NCBI GenBank assembly: GCA_024679065.1
Contig: JAGIQG010000001.1
Location: forward strand, 118,668,001-118,732,000
Direction: 5' to 3'
Length of the DNA: 64,000 nucleotides
Source of the DNA: Sphyrna mokarran
Lineage: Eukaryota
Shown here piece after piece: positions 48,780 through 61,805 of this stretch (positions are counted from its first letter, which is position 1; each line of letters begins with the position of its first letter). The notes beneath the pieces were generated by a model. It was not told where the DNA came from. It saw only the letters and a list, made by a program, of their open reading frames with translations, and ran no database searches. The position numbers and the translations under genes were made by a program.

Positions 48780-50970
48780 ATTTATTTTACAAAATGTACT
48801 TTATTAACATAAAGTGTGCAGGACACATGTCAAAATATTTCAAATTGTCATAAAAGAAACTGGAAGGATATTCACATTTTCTCCAAATATCAAGATGCAA
48901 TCTGAGGTGCTTCAGTTCAATAACGAGAACATTATTTCATTATTTCCATTACAGGGAGTACAGTTTTGCAAACAATATACATCTATCATGAAGCATCTGA
49001 GGTGCTTCAATAAAGTTACAAACGGTTCGGTTTAAGCACATAGTCTGAGGGGTTTTACCCAGTTACCAGTCCCTTCGTATACATTGGCTAAGAGGCCTTA
49101 CACATTGACCTTTCTCTATTGTGCCATGACTACAGCTGCCCCAAGCTTGAGTGCATCCTACAGTATACTGTCTTGGACCCTTGGAATGTGTCAGTCTGCA
49201 ATGTTTAGTCAAGGACAATTCTTTGCTTTGGGCAGACCAAAGAGTGTATTTCACTTACAGCAGCAGTTGATGTTTGTTTCACAGTGCATTCCCGGGAACA
49301 GCCCCTTGGAGCACAGAGTCACAGAGTTGCTCAGGATGAACCTCAACAAATACCACTGCATCTCACTCCAGACTATCTTTACAAAAAACACATTCCACAA
49401 GGAAATGTGCAACTGTCTCTCTGCCCTCCACCCCCCCCCACCCCAAGTAGACACTTCAAAGGCAGCTTGGGGGTCTGGCATGCATGAAGGAGGTGACGAA
49501 GAGGGCCCTTCTCACCATCAACCAGATTAGATCTTGGTGCTTGTTTGAAAGTTCTGGTGATGAGATGTTCTGCCAAATGACTGACAGACTGGTCAGGGAA
49601 CCATCTGATGGGATCCACCATCTCCTTCCCCTCAGAGCCTCGAGGCCCTTATGAGGAGACAACTGCTGGAGCACTCTGTGGGCAAAGGTGTTCTGAACCA
49701 TTTTTTCCACAAGAGACATATGGTATGGCCAGATACATCCTTTGCAGGATTGGGGACAAGTAGAATTTCACTACTTAGTGTTTGCCTGCCAAAGATCTAT
49801 GCACAATTTGATTATCTGCACACAAAGGCGGCATTCAGAATGAGATCCTCTTTGTCTTGTAAGTGCGGTTGATGAGGGGACAGGTTTGGATATATTTTTT
49901 CCTTCCTTATCCAAAGATTTGTGCATGGTGTCCCTTTGGACACGATTCACCTTGGATGTCCAGATGAATTTGACTGCTGTGGCACAGAATGGAGTATAGT
50001 CAGATTTATGCCACGTACACCAACCCCGAGAGTACCTCATACTTGATGACCAGATGTTTTGCCCACAATGAGAAGGAAATGTTGCTCCCACATGCCCAGC
50101 ACAGTTTTTGGAGCTTGCCCTAGCCACTCTGAACAAAATCTCCAGCACCCTCAGGGGCGAGGGGGACAAAGGACCAGTCAGCCCAGCTATAGAAACATAG
50201 ATAGCAGAAAGGAACTTGCTTGGATATGCAAGACAATCAGTGAACAAGGAGGCAGTCCATCAATAAGAATGAGGCTAGTTTGAGATGGGAGCTCCTTTTG
50301 AAATTGAATTTTTTAAGAAGCCAAAATAGCAATTTTTTGTACAAAGATTACTGGAGATTTGAGTATGGTAGGGTTTTGAGGGGAATATATCTATTTTGTT
50401 GGAATAAACGATATCTTCCAGATGGATTATTGTGTGTGGGCTCACTCTTGCTTTTTGTGTGTGAGTTTGGCCTGTATAGAGCCAAAAAAAAGAGATGTGG
50501 TTAGAGGGGATGCAGCAGGGTTTTGGTGGATTGAATGTTCCCTGTGTGTGGTGTGCCCTACTCAAAAGGAACAGAATAGATTTCGAGCAACAAGGCAGAT
50601 GGGGTGGTGGTGTTGGGAAAACCTTGTTAGAGTACATGTTGACTGAATGTGTGAGATCCATGAAGAGAGTCACAATCTGAGTACATGATGCCATGCTGAG
50701 AGTTTGATAGTGGAAGGAGCTGACAGAAGACAGAGTGCATGAGATTGTTCATTTGCATTTGGCACAAAGTGGTGCTTGGCAGGAAGGTGACGGCCACACT
50801 GACCTCCTGAAGAACAGCCTGGCAAGCCAGGGAGGTGAGGTTTGTGTGCTTTCTCGAGCTGTCCCTGGGATACAACAAATGGCAGTGGGCCCAAACTCCT
50901 TGAATGAGGGCTTCAAGGGCCCTGGCAGTGAAACATGATGCTGCCTTCTTCTTGAGGCTGCTAGGCTTTT
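48780..50970 (-). mobile_element. Tx1-clade (L1-Tx1) LINE, decayed ORF2 and 3' UTR
   Basis: KFIWTSKVNRVQRDTMHKSLDKEG; WQNISSPELSNKHQDLIWLMVRRAL; KIVWSEMQWYLLRFI..GLFPGMHCETNINCC; LWSA..KELSLTKHCRLTHSK; aataaagtacatttt 3' end. Confidence 0.85.
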
Positions 50971-51269
50971 CATAGAATCATAGAATCCTTACAGTGCAGA
51001 AGGAAGTCAGTCAGCCCATCGAGTCTGCACTGACTCTTGCACGTTTATCATGGCTAATCCATCTAACCTACCAATCTCTGGACACTAAGGGTCAATTTAT
51101 CATGGCCAATCCACCTAACCGTACATCTTTAGACTGTGGGAGGAAACCAGAGCACCCGGAGGAAACCCATGCAGACACAGGTAGAATGTGCAAATTTCAC
51201 ACAGAAGACAGTCACCCAAGCCTGAAATTGAACCCAGGTCCCTGGTGCTGTGAGGCAGCAATGTTAGCC
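50971..51269 (-). mobile_element. HE1 V-SINE, CR1 tail
   Basis: catagaatcatagaatc tail; antisense V-domain and B box. Confidence 0.9.
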
Positions 51270-51414
51270 TTTTGTCTCTGGGTTTCAGTTATCCCAGGGA
51301 AGACAGCTGTGCTGGACAGAGAGATGTTAGTGCGCTGAACTAGTGTTTAAATATGGAATGGGAATTTTCAAATCTGCCAGCTGATGGTGAATGGACAAAT
51401 CTGGCAAATAATTT

Positions 51415-52176
51415 AAAGAACAAAGAACAAAACAGCACGGGAAACAGGCCCTTCGGCCCAATGAGCCTGCGCCGCCACCCCGATGTTCCCACCTTTACCT
51501 GTGATCCCTGTCTATGTTTATAGATCTATGGATTAAAAACCAAATTTGAGACAATTTAGAGAGAATTTGGTTTGCCAATTAGCCTAAGAGCACATCTTTG
51601 GAGTGTGGGAGGAAACCGGAGCACCCGAAGAAAACCCATGCAAATACGGGGATAACGCACAAACTCCCACAGACACAGGCCCAAATCCACGTATCTGCAC
51701 AGCACAGCGATAGTTCCTGAGCTGTCGTGTTGCCCATCAGATGGTCCAGGTCAAATGTACACTAACGATGTGAAGCACTAGGATACTCTCGAAAAAATCC
51801 AAGAGCAGCCCTCTCACGACCCATCGAGTGAATGCCCCTCGTTAGACAACAAGGTGGACCAAAGCACCTGTAGGATAAAAACAAGTACATCAATATCATC
51901 ATCTATTTACACACTTCCCAGGGACTCCCAAGGCTCATGATCCCTATTTTAAATCAGTTTTCTATACCTCTCCATTCCCATTCTGTTCATGTGCCCATCT
52001 AAGTATTTCTTAAATAACTCCAGAGTACCTGCCTCCACCACTTTACTTGGCAGCGCATTCCATACCCCCACCACCCTCTATGTGAAAAAACTCCCTCTAG
52101 CATCCAAATTATACCTTACCCCCTCACCCTAAGCCCGTGACCCCTCGTGCTATTTGAGTCCATCCTAGGAAAAAGC
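51415..52176 (-). mobile_element. CR1 LINE 3' part with an approximately 530-nt 3' UTR containing a V-SINE body
   Basis: ORF2 end LFPRMDSNSTRGHGLRVRG/..RVVGVWNALPSKVVEAGTLELFKKYLDGHMNRMG stops near 51947, then unique UTR, degenerate HE1 head plus V-domain (about 51740-51575) and a HER1-type tail with (TTCTTTG) repeats. Confidence 0.85.
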
Positions 52177-52439
52177 TTAACCCACAGGGGAACTCCCCTG
52201 TATATAATTAATGAGGTTTTAAGTGCTAAACCTGACATGGAATCTCACCATTCTGGCCAGTGGGAAAGGTGCTGCTACAACTGCCAATCACTATACTTAG
52301 TCTCAGAAATGGAGAATTCTGCGTACAGGAAGAATTTTTCTATCATATCAACTATAGGAATCATTGCGGGTGGGACACAGATCATACAAAGGTCTGTTGG
52401 CCTTGGGCACGATTCTCCAGTTTTGGGACAAGTGCGGAT

Positions 52440-52835
52440 ATCCTTCAAAGACAGTGAGGTACTTTATGAAGTGTAATCACTTGTACTATGAGAACTGTAA
52501 CAACTAATTTGCACACAGCAAGCTATCACAAACAGCAACGTGATAATGACCAAATAAATAATCTGGTTAGAAATGTCCATTCAGAAATAAAGTATTGACT
52601 AGGACACTGGTGATAATTCTCTTGCTTTTCTTTGAAGCAGTACCATATGGGATCTTTAGTGCCCACTTGTGAGAACAGCAAGAGCCTCGCATCTCAGCCA
52701 AAAGACAGATCAGACAGCTCACCATTCCCTCAAGACAGCACTAAGTGTCAGCCTTAAATTTTGTGCTCAAGCACTTGGGAGTGTAATTTCAATCTAAAAT
52801 CTTCCGACTCTCAAGAGTGTTAACAACTGAACCAA
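52440..52835 (-). mobile_element. Near full-length DeuSINE (SacSINE1/AmnSINE-related)
   Basis: Minus strand Deu domain aaagatcccatatggtactgcttcaaagaaaagcaagagaattatcaccagtgtcctagtcaatac and body tcattatcacgttgctgtttgtga. Confidence 0.8.
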
Positions 52836-53384
52836 TTCTAATAACCCCAAAAGCCAAAAAGATTGGAATCCTATCATTTCAGTGTACATTTCAATAATAA
52901 GTTGTACAAAATCAAAGAGGCTATTAAACTTCATTGCACAGTGCGGGGCCAGTTCCTGTGCCTGCTCCCTCTCATTATTCTCCTGTAAGGCTTCTGGATT
53001 CCCTCTGATTGGCTTGTCAGCTGGATATGTCAATGCCTGATAATGGCTTCTCTTATTTAAAGTACATGTTGATAACATTATTGCAATGGTCCATTGTCTG
53101 GCATTGACTTTGCTACAGTACCCAGGAAAAACCTGAAATGTCTTTTAAACCAGATACTGTTGAACTGAAGGAAAAACAAATATTTGCAAAGGAAAATCAA
53201 CATTGAGCACAAACCTCTGAATACAATAGGATCTCTCTCAAACAAAAAGGTAAAGATAAAGATAAATCTAGAATAATAAACTGGAGGTTTTTTTCATTAG
53301 TTTGCCAGTCACCTGGACACGAGTGGCACCTGAATGTACAATCACAATATGAATCAACAATTTGGATGTGAGAACCAAAAGTAA

Positions 53385-54872
53385 TATTTCCAAGTTTGCT
53401 GGTGATGTGAAATGTGGTGAGAATGTGAGTGGTGAGCAAGATGTTAGGAAGTTTTAAGGTGTTTTAGACATGTTGAGTGAGTGGGTAAAAACATGGCAGA
53501 TGCAGATGCAGTATAATGTGGATAAATGTGAAGTTTCGATGGAGAAACAGAATGACAGAGTGTTATTTAAATGGTGACAGATGTACAAGAATGCCTGAGC
53601 CAGTATGCCACTACACAGTAACTGACTTCATTAGTGTGTTTACAGTAACTGACTTCATTAGTAAGTATGCAGAAGATTGTGTGCCAAAGAAATAAATCCA
53701 CATGTTTCCCAACCAGAAACTATGGATGAACAAAAATATCCACTGCTGCTGAAGTCTGAGGTGTTCAAGTCAGGCAACACTGACCTATACAAGAAATCCA
53801 GATATGATCTACAGAGATCCATCAAAGATGTCAAGAGACAGTACCGGACCAAGCTGGACCCCCAGGCTAGCCACATGGATTCCCACTAACTTTGGCAAGA
53901 TCTGAAAGACATAACAGGCTATAAGATGAAGGCATGTAAAATCGCAGGCTCCAACTCACCCCTCCCTGATGAGCTCAATGCATTCTTCGCCCGTTTTGAG
54001 CAGAAGGCCAGTGAGAACACGCCCTCCACCCTGGAAATGTTGGATGAACCTGTATCAGAGCTCATGTACCAACTGGCTCAAGAAAAGCTTCTTCTCTGCA
54101 GCCATCAGACTTTTGAATGGACCTACCTTGCATTCAGTTGATCTATTCTGCATGCTAACTATGACTGTAACATTACATTCTGCACTCTCTCATTTCCTTC
54201 TCTGTGAAAGGTGTGCTTTGTCTGTATAGCATGCAAAAAACAATACTTTTCACTGTATCTTAATACATCTGACAATAATAAATCAAATCAAATCAAAAGA
54301 TTGGGAAATGTTGAAATACAAAAGAACCTCAGTGCCCAAGCAAACAGACAAGCAATTAGGAACGTAAATAGTATGTTGACCTTCAATACAAGAGGACTTG
54401 AGTACAGGAGGAAGGATGTCTTATTGCAGCTGTACAGGGCTTTGGTGAGACCATACCTGGAGTATTGTGTGCAGTTTTGGTTTCTGGATTTAAGAAAGGA
54501 TATATTTGCCTGAGAGAAAGTTCACGGACTGATTCCTGGGATGGCAGGATTGTTATGTGAAGAGGGATTAGGTTGACTAGACCCGTGGTCACTGGAATTT
54601 AGAGGAATGAGAGGGGATCTAATTGAAAAATAAAGAATTCTGACAGGGTTATACAGACTGGATGCAGAGATGTAATTTCCTCTGACAGCAGGATCTAGAA
54701 CAAGTGGTCACTGTCTCAGGATGTAGGGAAGGCCATTTAGGGATTGAGACAAAGAGAAACTTCTTTTCTCAGAGGATGAACCTGTGGAAATCTCTACCAC
54801 TGAAGGCTGATTATATTTAAGAAGGAAATAGATAGATGCCTAGACCTTAAAGAGTCAAGGGGCATGGGAAGA
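53385..54872 (+). mobile_element. CR1 LINE RT C-terminal half, split by a Rex1 insertion
   Basis: ISKFAGD..., WQMQYNVDKCEV; resumes at 54298 with RGLEYRRKDVLLQLYRALVRPYLEYCVQFW. Confidence 0.9.
53590..54297 (+). mobile_element. Rex1/Babar LINE with a large internal deletion
   Basis: VTDFISK.AEDCVP; FKSGNTDLYKKSRYDLQRSIKDVKRQYRTKL; LPDELNAFFARFE jumps to KKSFFSAAIRLLN and the (CAAAT)n tail. Confidence 0.9.
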
Positions 54873-54882
54873 GCATAAAGGA

Positions 54883-55186
54883 AAGTAATATTTATTAGTC
54901 ACAAATTGGCTTACATTAACACTGCAATGAAGTTATTGTGAAAATCCCCTAGTCACCACACTCCAGTGTCTGTTCGGGTACACTGAGGGAGAATTTAACA
55001 CGGTCAATCCACCTAACCTGCATATTTTTGGACTGTGGGAGGAAACTGGAGCACCTGGAGGAAACCCATGCAGACAAAGGGAGAATGTGTAGACTCCACA
55101 CAGACAGTGACCTAAGCCAGGAATTGAATCCAGATTCCTGGTGTTCTGAGGCTGCAGTGCTAACCACTATGCTACTGCGCTGCCCC
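54883..55186 (-). mobile_element. Full-length HE1-type V-SINE with Rex1-like tail
   Basis: Complete head gggcagcgcagtagcatagtggttagcactgc, V-domain, tail ...tgtgactaataaat. Confidence 0.9.
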
Positions 55187-56094
55187 ATCCTCTGTCTAAT
55201 CCTCAATCTCAACACCATAATCCCATATTGTTGAGTAGCCTGCCAACTATTTCCACCTTTCTGACATTAGCATTCCTCAGTGTTTGAATTTCTCCAGTCA
55301 ATCTGAGCCAAGGTCTCACAGGAGAACAGTATGAGTGCTGTGGTACTGAATATCTCCCAGCATCCATTTAAAAAATGAGGGGAACTAAGAAAGAACAAGA
55401 TTAGGATTTACCATAATTATGCTGAGTTCCTTTCTATCCAAGCAGGAGATCTAGATACTTATGAGTTATTTTTTGATATAAACCACATCCCATGATTACC
55501 ACTAACCCTCCCAACCCTCACTGCGGACAACCCTCCTCCAGCATGCCACCAAGATTGAGAAAATGGCATAATTCATTTGCCATTTCCATTGAAATCAATT
55601 ACAAAGTTACAACTTATAACAGATTAGGTGTAATGGTTATGTTAGGTAATTCAATCAGTTTGTCTCACTGTGCTATCATACTGTGTTAGTATAATACCAT
55701 TCCTCCATCAGCCAGTTGGGTAGGAACCACCTTCACCTTGTTCCATTTCTATTTACCTCATTTTAATCTGAGAATCACTTGTAATTATTTCTCTTCCTAT
55801 GCCATTACCTTTGGAGTTATTCTCAATTACACCAGTGTCATCTCCTCTAGTGGAATAGAGAATTGAAAGAAAGGGATTGAGCTTTTAAGGTTGAAGAATG
55901 CTTCACATATAGGAAGAAGTGAGAACATGAAGTGCTTTTAAACACAAGAATATGAAGTTTAAAATTTGAGGCATTGGAGGATTCAAGAACCAATTTGTCA
56001 GCCAGTACGAGGGTGAGACACACTCACTGAGTCTGAGTGAATGAGACTCAGTTTTTGAAACCTACAGAAAGTTTAAATTGTGCTGAAAGTTAAT

Positions 56095-56577
56095 ATATAT
56101 TGTGAAAAGTTGTGGTCCCAGCACTGACCCCTGAGGCACACCACTAGTCACTCACTGCCATTCTGAGGAAGACCCCTTTATCCCACTCACTGCTTTCTGC
56201 CACTCAACCAATCCTCTATCCATGCTAGGATCTTACCCTTAACACCATGGGCACTTAACTTATTTAACAGTCTCAAATGCAGCACCATAATAGGTTTACA
56301 TTAACACTGCAATGAAGTTATTGTGAAAATATCCAAGTTGCCATACCTGTTTGCACCTGTTTGAGTACACTAAGGGAGAATTTAGCATAGCAAATGCACT
56401 TAACCAGTACATATTTAGGACTGTGGGAGGAAACCAGAGCACGCACTGGAAACCCATGCAGACATGGGGAGAATGTGCAGATTCTGCACAGACAGGGACC
56501 CAAGCTGGGAATTGAATCCAGGTCCCTGGCATTGTGAGGCAGCAATGCTAACAACTGTGCCACCAGACTGCCTGCCC
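56095..56577 (-). mobile_element. CR1 RT fragment (56095-56290) abutting a Rex1-tailed V-SINE (56292-56577)
   Basis: Antisense of VTSGVPQGSVLGPQLFTIYIN; HE1 head and V-domain. Confidence 0.85.
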
Positions 56578-56784
56578 TTGAGTTTTGACAATCTTTTATA
56601 CTGATAATAAAATTTTGCAAAGTTACACTTAATTAATTCAAGATATACTTTCTAATGGGATAAAACTAAAAGAGTGGGATTCCACCCACCACCCGCCCTC
56701 TATCTCCCAACCACTCCCCACTTCGCGCAGCATACTTTTAGTGGTGGATATAGTGTATCATTGGCTGCTGGATCTTCCAGTTGA

Positions 56785-57100
56785 TGTCTGCAGCATTCTG
56801 CAGTGCAGAAATAGACCATCAAACCTGCACTGATAACAATCCCAGCCAAGCCCTAACCCTATAAACCCATCTATTTATCCTCTAATCCTTGTGTCCCTCA
56901 GGGGCAATTTAGCATAGCTAATCAACCTAACCAGCACATAGACTTCATAGAATTTACAATGCAGAAGGAAGCCATTTGGCCCATCAAGCTTGCACTGACA
57001 ACAATCCCACCCAGATCCTGTCCTATCCCTGTAATCCCTCATATTTACCCTCTTAATCCCCCTAACCTTAATGGGCAATTTATCAAGTCCAATAAACCTA
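56785..57100 (-). mobile_element. Two tandem HE1 3' halves (CR1 tail)
   Basis: Two copies of tgcagaa.....tgcactga.aacaatccca.c.a.....ccct.taa.ccc...gggcaattta. Confidence 0.8.
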
Positions 57101-57103
57101 AAC

Positions 57104-58314
57104 TTTGATTTGATTTGATTTATTATTGTCACATGTATTAGTATACAGTGAAAAGTATCTTTTATTGCATGTTTTACAGACAAACATATTATTCATTGAG
57201 AAGGAAAGTGCAGAATGTAGTGTTACAGTCATAGCTAGGGTGTAGAGAAAGATCAACTTAATGCAAGGTAAGTCCATTCAAAAGTCTGACAGCAGCAGGG
57301 AAGAAGCTGTTTGAGTCAATTGGTACATGACCTCGGACTTTTGTATCTTTTTCCAACAGAAGAAGGAGGCAGCAGAAAGTGTAGGCAGATGGGAGGCTGG
57401 TTTGCATGATGGATTGGGCTATTTCATGACCTTTTGTAGTTTCTTGTGGCCTTGGGCAGAGCAGGAGCTACATCAAGCTTTCTATGATGCATCTGTAAAA
57501 GTTGGTGAGAGTCATAGCTGACATGCCAAAAATTCCTTAGTCTTCTAAGAAAGTAGAGACTTTAATGGGTTTTCTTAACTACAGTGTCAGCATGGGGAAC
57601 CAGGACAGGTTGTTGGTGAGCTAGACACCGAAAAACTTGAAGCTTTTGGCCATTTCTTCTTCATTCCTGTTGACGTAGACAGGGGCATGTTCTCCAGTAC
57701 GCTTCCTGAAGTCGATGACAATCTCCTTTATTTTGTTGAATTGAGGAAGAGATTATTTGTCATTGCACCACTTCACCAGATTCGCCATCCCATTCCTATA
57801 GAACATAGAACATTACAGCACAGAACAGGCCCTTCGGCCTTCGATGTTGTGCCGACCAAAATAAAAAGCAATGCCCCTCCAAACTAAACCATTCCCTTCT
57901 CTTCCATATACTTATCAATTAACCTCTTAAACGCCACCAAACTTGGCGCATCTACAACAGCTGCAGGCAGGGCATTCCACTCCCTAATCACTCTTTGAGT
58001 AAAGAACCTACCTCTGATATCCGTCCTATAACTCATACCCCTTAATTTAAAGCTGTGTCCCCTCGTGCTAGCTTTTCCATCCTAGGAAAAAGGCTATCAC
58101 TGTCCACCCTATCTAAACCTCTAATCATCTTATATGCTTCAATAAGATCCCCTCTTAGCCGCCTCCTTTCTAACGAAAACAACCTCAAATAAATTTTTTA
58201 TTCAAATAAATTTTTTATTTTATTTTGTATTCCGTCTCGTCATTGTTTGCGACCCTACAGTGGTGTCATCAGCAAACTTGAGAATTGAGTTGGAGTAGAA
58301 TTTGACCACACAGC
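57104..58314 (-). mobile_element. Rex1/Babar LINE with a nested young CR1 (57797-58190, -)
   Basis: (ATTTG)n tail; resumes after the CR1 with the antisense of KFADDTTVG; followed by an HE1 5' half at 58320-58460 (-). Confidence 0.9.
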
Positions 58315-59169
58315 ATATAATTTAATCTGCATATCTTTGGATCGTGGGAGGAAACTGGAGCATTCAGAAGAAACCCACACAGACACGGGGAAAATGTGCA
58401 AACACCATACAGTCATCTGAGGCTGGAATCCTGTGCTATGAGGCAGCAGTTCCACTGATCTCCACTCATTTGTTGTTTAATTGTCTTTTTTAAGTATACA
58501 CTGTGGTGATAGGGGATAGTTTCAGTACCCTTCACGTTCATGCCCACAGTGACTGATCATTGACAACAGAAGCTGCTGGAAATCTGAAACAGGAACAGAA
58601 AAGAAATGAAAACTTCAATAGCTCCGTTATTATCTGTGGAGCAAACAGACAAGATAATAGTTCATGGTAAATTGATGACAGGGTGAGCAGTCGGTCAGGC
58701 AAATGCAACATGTCATTTTGTGTGCATTGTGATGTCGTAATATTGCAGATCAGGAAGGTCCTTTGGTCAATATGTTCAGGCTGTGTTGTGTTAACCGACT
58801 GCAACCTGGGCAATAATTGGGAAGATTATCTTTGCAACCAGTGTCTGCATGTGGCAAGGAAGAATAAGATGTACTCATATTTCTTTTGTAGAGGGCATAG
58901 AGATGGAGCTCAGTAATCAGCATGTGAGGAAAGAACTCAACTTGTCATATCCTCACAATCCCATATTGAGAATCAGCAAACTGGGATTAGAATGGATTGG
59001 ATGCTTGATGGCTGATTCAGTCATAATGAGTTGAAGGGCCTCTTTTTGTGATATAAAGTTCTAGCACTTTAAGACTTTAAATTCTTTTATAACAGATTGT
59101 ACAATCTGAAAAGGATATGCAACAGCATAATCTCTCTGTCCTTATCATTCTCTGTCTTGGAGAATAGGA

Positions 59170-60650
59170 GAGTCTGGTTAACCCACTGACTCTGGACAAG
59201 CTAACAAAGACCTCAGATGCTTCAAGAAGAGCCAAACTCCCAGAAGTGATGGTTTATCAGTTTAGTGGCATCTTGGGGGACTAGATTGGCTCAGACTTGG
59301 TAGAGGTGTATGAGAGTATGTTTCTGAATGGCAGCAAGTCAGGCTTTGAGGAGGGGCATTAACACCCTCAGCTCCAAGCTAGGAGGGGAGTGGGAAGATT
59401 TAAACAACCAGCAGCCAATTTCACTGCAGACTATAAAATTCTACCATGATCAGAGCTAATGTGGTCAAATCTTCTGTGATCCTCATTGATCAGACCTGCG
59501 TCGTGCTGAGCAGAAGGATCTTTAATTGCCTAATGCTCAGAGATATAATCACCTAAGGGTAGGACAGAGTCTATACAACTCCTCAAGCAGCTTAGGCCAG
59601 GTGAAGGCCATTGATAGAATATCACACTTGTACACGATAGACAAAATGGGCTTTAGGGGAAGGAATTTATAATGGAATTGAATTGCTCTATGTCAACATC
59701 AGTAGCACAGTTTTAATCAATTTTTCAATCAAATTTGAAACGATTGTCTTCTCTTCTCTGTTTTGTTGTTGTATTGCATCATTTTCTCTTGGCCCATTTC
59801 ATCAGGGAGGATCAGGGCATAAAAATAATGATGATTCTTTGCAGCAGAGGAGCTAAGATTAAGGTCTGCCTGCACATGGCCAAAATTGCCATTTAATTTT
59901 TGGGTCTCTGATCACAAATTGATCAGCCAATCATCTACACACAATGGCCCTCAAAGTTCAGTGAAAAAAGGAGATTGGTTGTATCAAATGAATCCCTAAG
60001 TCGACTGTCACAGTCATTTTGCAGAATGTCTCCAAAGAATCCCTACAGTGCAGAAGATCATTCGGTCTATTGAGTCTGCACCGACCACATTCCCACCCAG
60101 GCCCTATCCCCATAACCCTACATATTTACCCTACTAATCCTCTTGACACTAAGGGACAATCCATTTAACCTGCACATCTTTGGACTGTGGGAGGAGATCA
60201 AAGTACCCGCAGGAAACTCATGCAGACAAAGGAAGAATGTGCAAACTCCATACAGACAGTGACCTAAGGCCAGAATTGGACCCAGGTAGTTGGCGCTGTG
60301 AAGGAGCAGTGCTAACCAACGAGCCACTGTGTCCCTCCACACCAGACAAGTTTCAAACAGGCACCATTACATAAATGACATGGTAGTGAGAAGTGCCTGT
60401 CTTGATAGGTGCTTTACTTGCCCCCGTAGCCCCTGCGCCAACTGCACACTATCCGTAACAGCTGTAGTGAGGCAGAGCCCATCACCCGTGTTTTTCTGGG
60501 TTGTGTGATTATAAAGAATATCCGGAAAGAGATGCAAGTCTGGAGGTTCATCTTGAGCAAGTCCATAACACAGAATTCTGAGCTTACTCGACAGACTGTC
60601 CCAGTCATGCTAACTGAAAAAATATCCACTATTTTGGGCTATCAACATGG
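59170..60650 (+). mobile_element. Tx1-clade LINE RT remnants, split by HE1 (60035-60335, -)
   Basis: KSQTPRSDGL..., IGSDLVEVYESMFL, QPISL.DYKIL, DQTCVVLSRRI, KAIDRISH; after the SINE, WVVRSA..., KEMQ..RFI..SITQNS. Confidence 0.8.
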
Positions 60651-61510
60651 TGAAAGATATTCTTTTGTGCAAAATGGTTGAAAGCAAACAAATATTGTTT
60701 TACACCTCAGCTAATTTTCATTCCTTTTAAGTCAAGTGAAAAAACAGCAGTCATTTTATTCAACTCCACTTTCAATTCAGCCTCTAGTTTTATTTGAAAC
60801 AATATCAATACCAAACAGAGGAATCTAGTTTGCTCCATTGACAGCAATAGACGAATTTTATGGGCTCTGAGTTTCTGTGGGGTCAAAAATAGTAAGTCTC
60901 ACAACACCAGATTGACACATACAAAATGACACACACATTTACAGGACAAATATAACAACATTTCCACAGTCAAGACAGCAAGATTTATACTGTAGATGAT
61001 GTAACTGGCATGTAAAAACTAATTAATGTTTAGCAAACCCTCCCTGCACCAATTAAAAATTCTATCCCTTTGGCTATGCCTCAGACACTGATGCCTTGTA
61101 CAATCAATTTACTTATCCTATGTTAGTCTCTGGATGCTAATCAAGTGGCATTAACCCACCCATACTAACCCAGCCACACATGTCTCAGGAATTTCTGGCA
61201 TTTCTTTAGGCCTATTGACTGTTTAAGTTTACACAATGCACAATGCTAATTAGGCTGAATTAATCCTATCTCTGTGTAGATGCTGGGCACTTAAATCTTG
61301 TGCATAGTATGCATTTTTTAAATGAAGATCAAATGGATAAAGTAACTCCTTGTATGCATTCTCAGTAAGACAACAGCAGCACCTTTTGGTGTAATCGCCA
61401 CTCTGTTGTCACATATTTACTATGCAAATAGCTCTTCTCTTCTACTTAGAAAATAAAGTGGTCAAGCTGGTGGGATTGGGGGAGGTGGGGGCTGCAGCAG
61501 GAAGAGGTAG

Positions 61511-61530
61511 AATGAATGAATGAATGAATG
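61511..61530. repeat. (AATG)5 microsatellite
   Basis: aatgaatgaatgaatgaatg. Confidence 0.9.
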
Positions 61531-61805
61531 TACTATAAAAAAAATTTAAATGGCAAAAGAGCCTAAATTCTTTAGATCGTGATTTAGATTCTTTAGATGG
61601 GTGATTGTGCAAGAGGTTATAATAATAAAAGTACAAGTTTCAATCATACTGGTATTTTCATATTGTATTGTATTTTCTATATGGGTTTCCTGTGGGTGCT
61701 CTCCATAGTCCAAAGATGTGCAAGTTAGGTGGAATAGCTATACTAGATTGCCATTTCGAACCGTAAAATTCAAACAGCGCAGAAGGAGGCCATTCAGCCC
61801 ATTGC

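Noticed and set aside
49771-50247. Longest ORFs of the track (148-158 aa around 49-50.7 kb; 149 aa at 63262-63711)
   Set aside because: Fragments or antisense frames of the Tx1 and CR1 ORF2 remnants, not host genes.
53612-53663. 21-bp direct repeat acagtaactgacttcattagt
   Set aside because: Small slippage-type duplication inside a dead Rex1 copy; same for the 25-bp duplication at 32242-32291.
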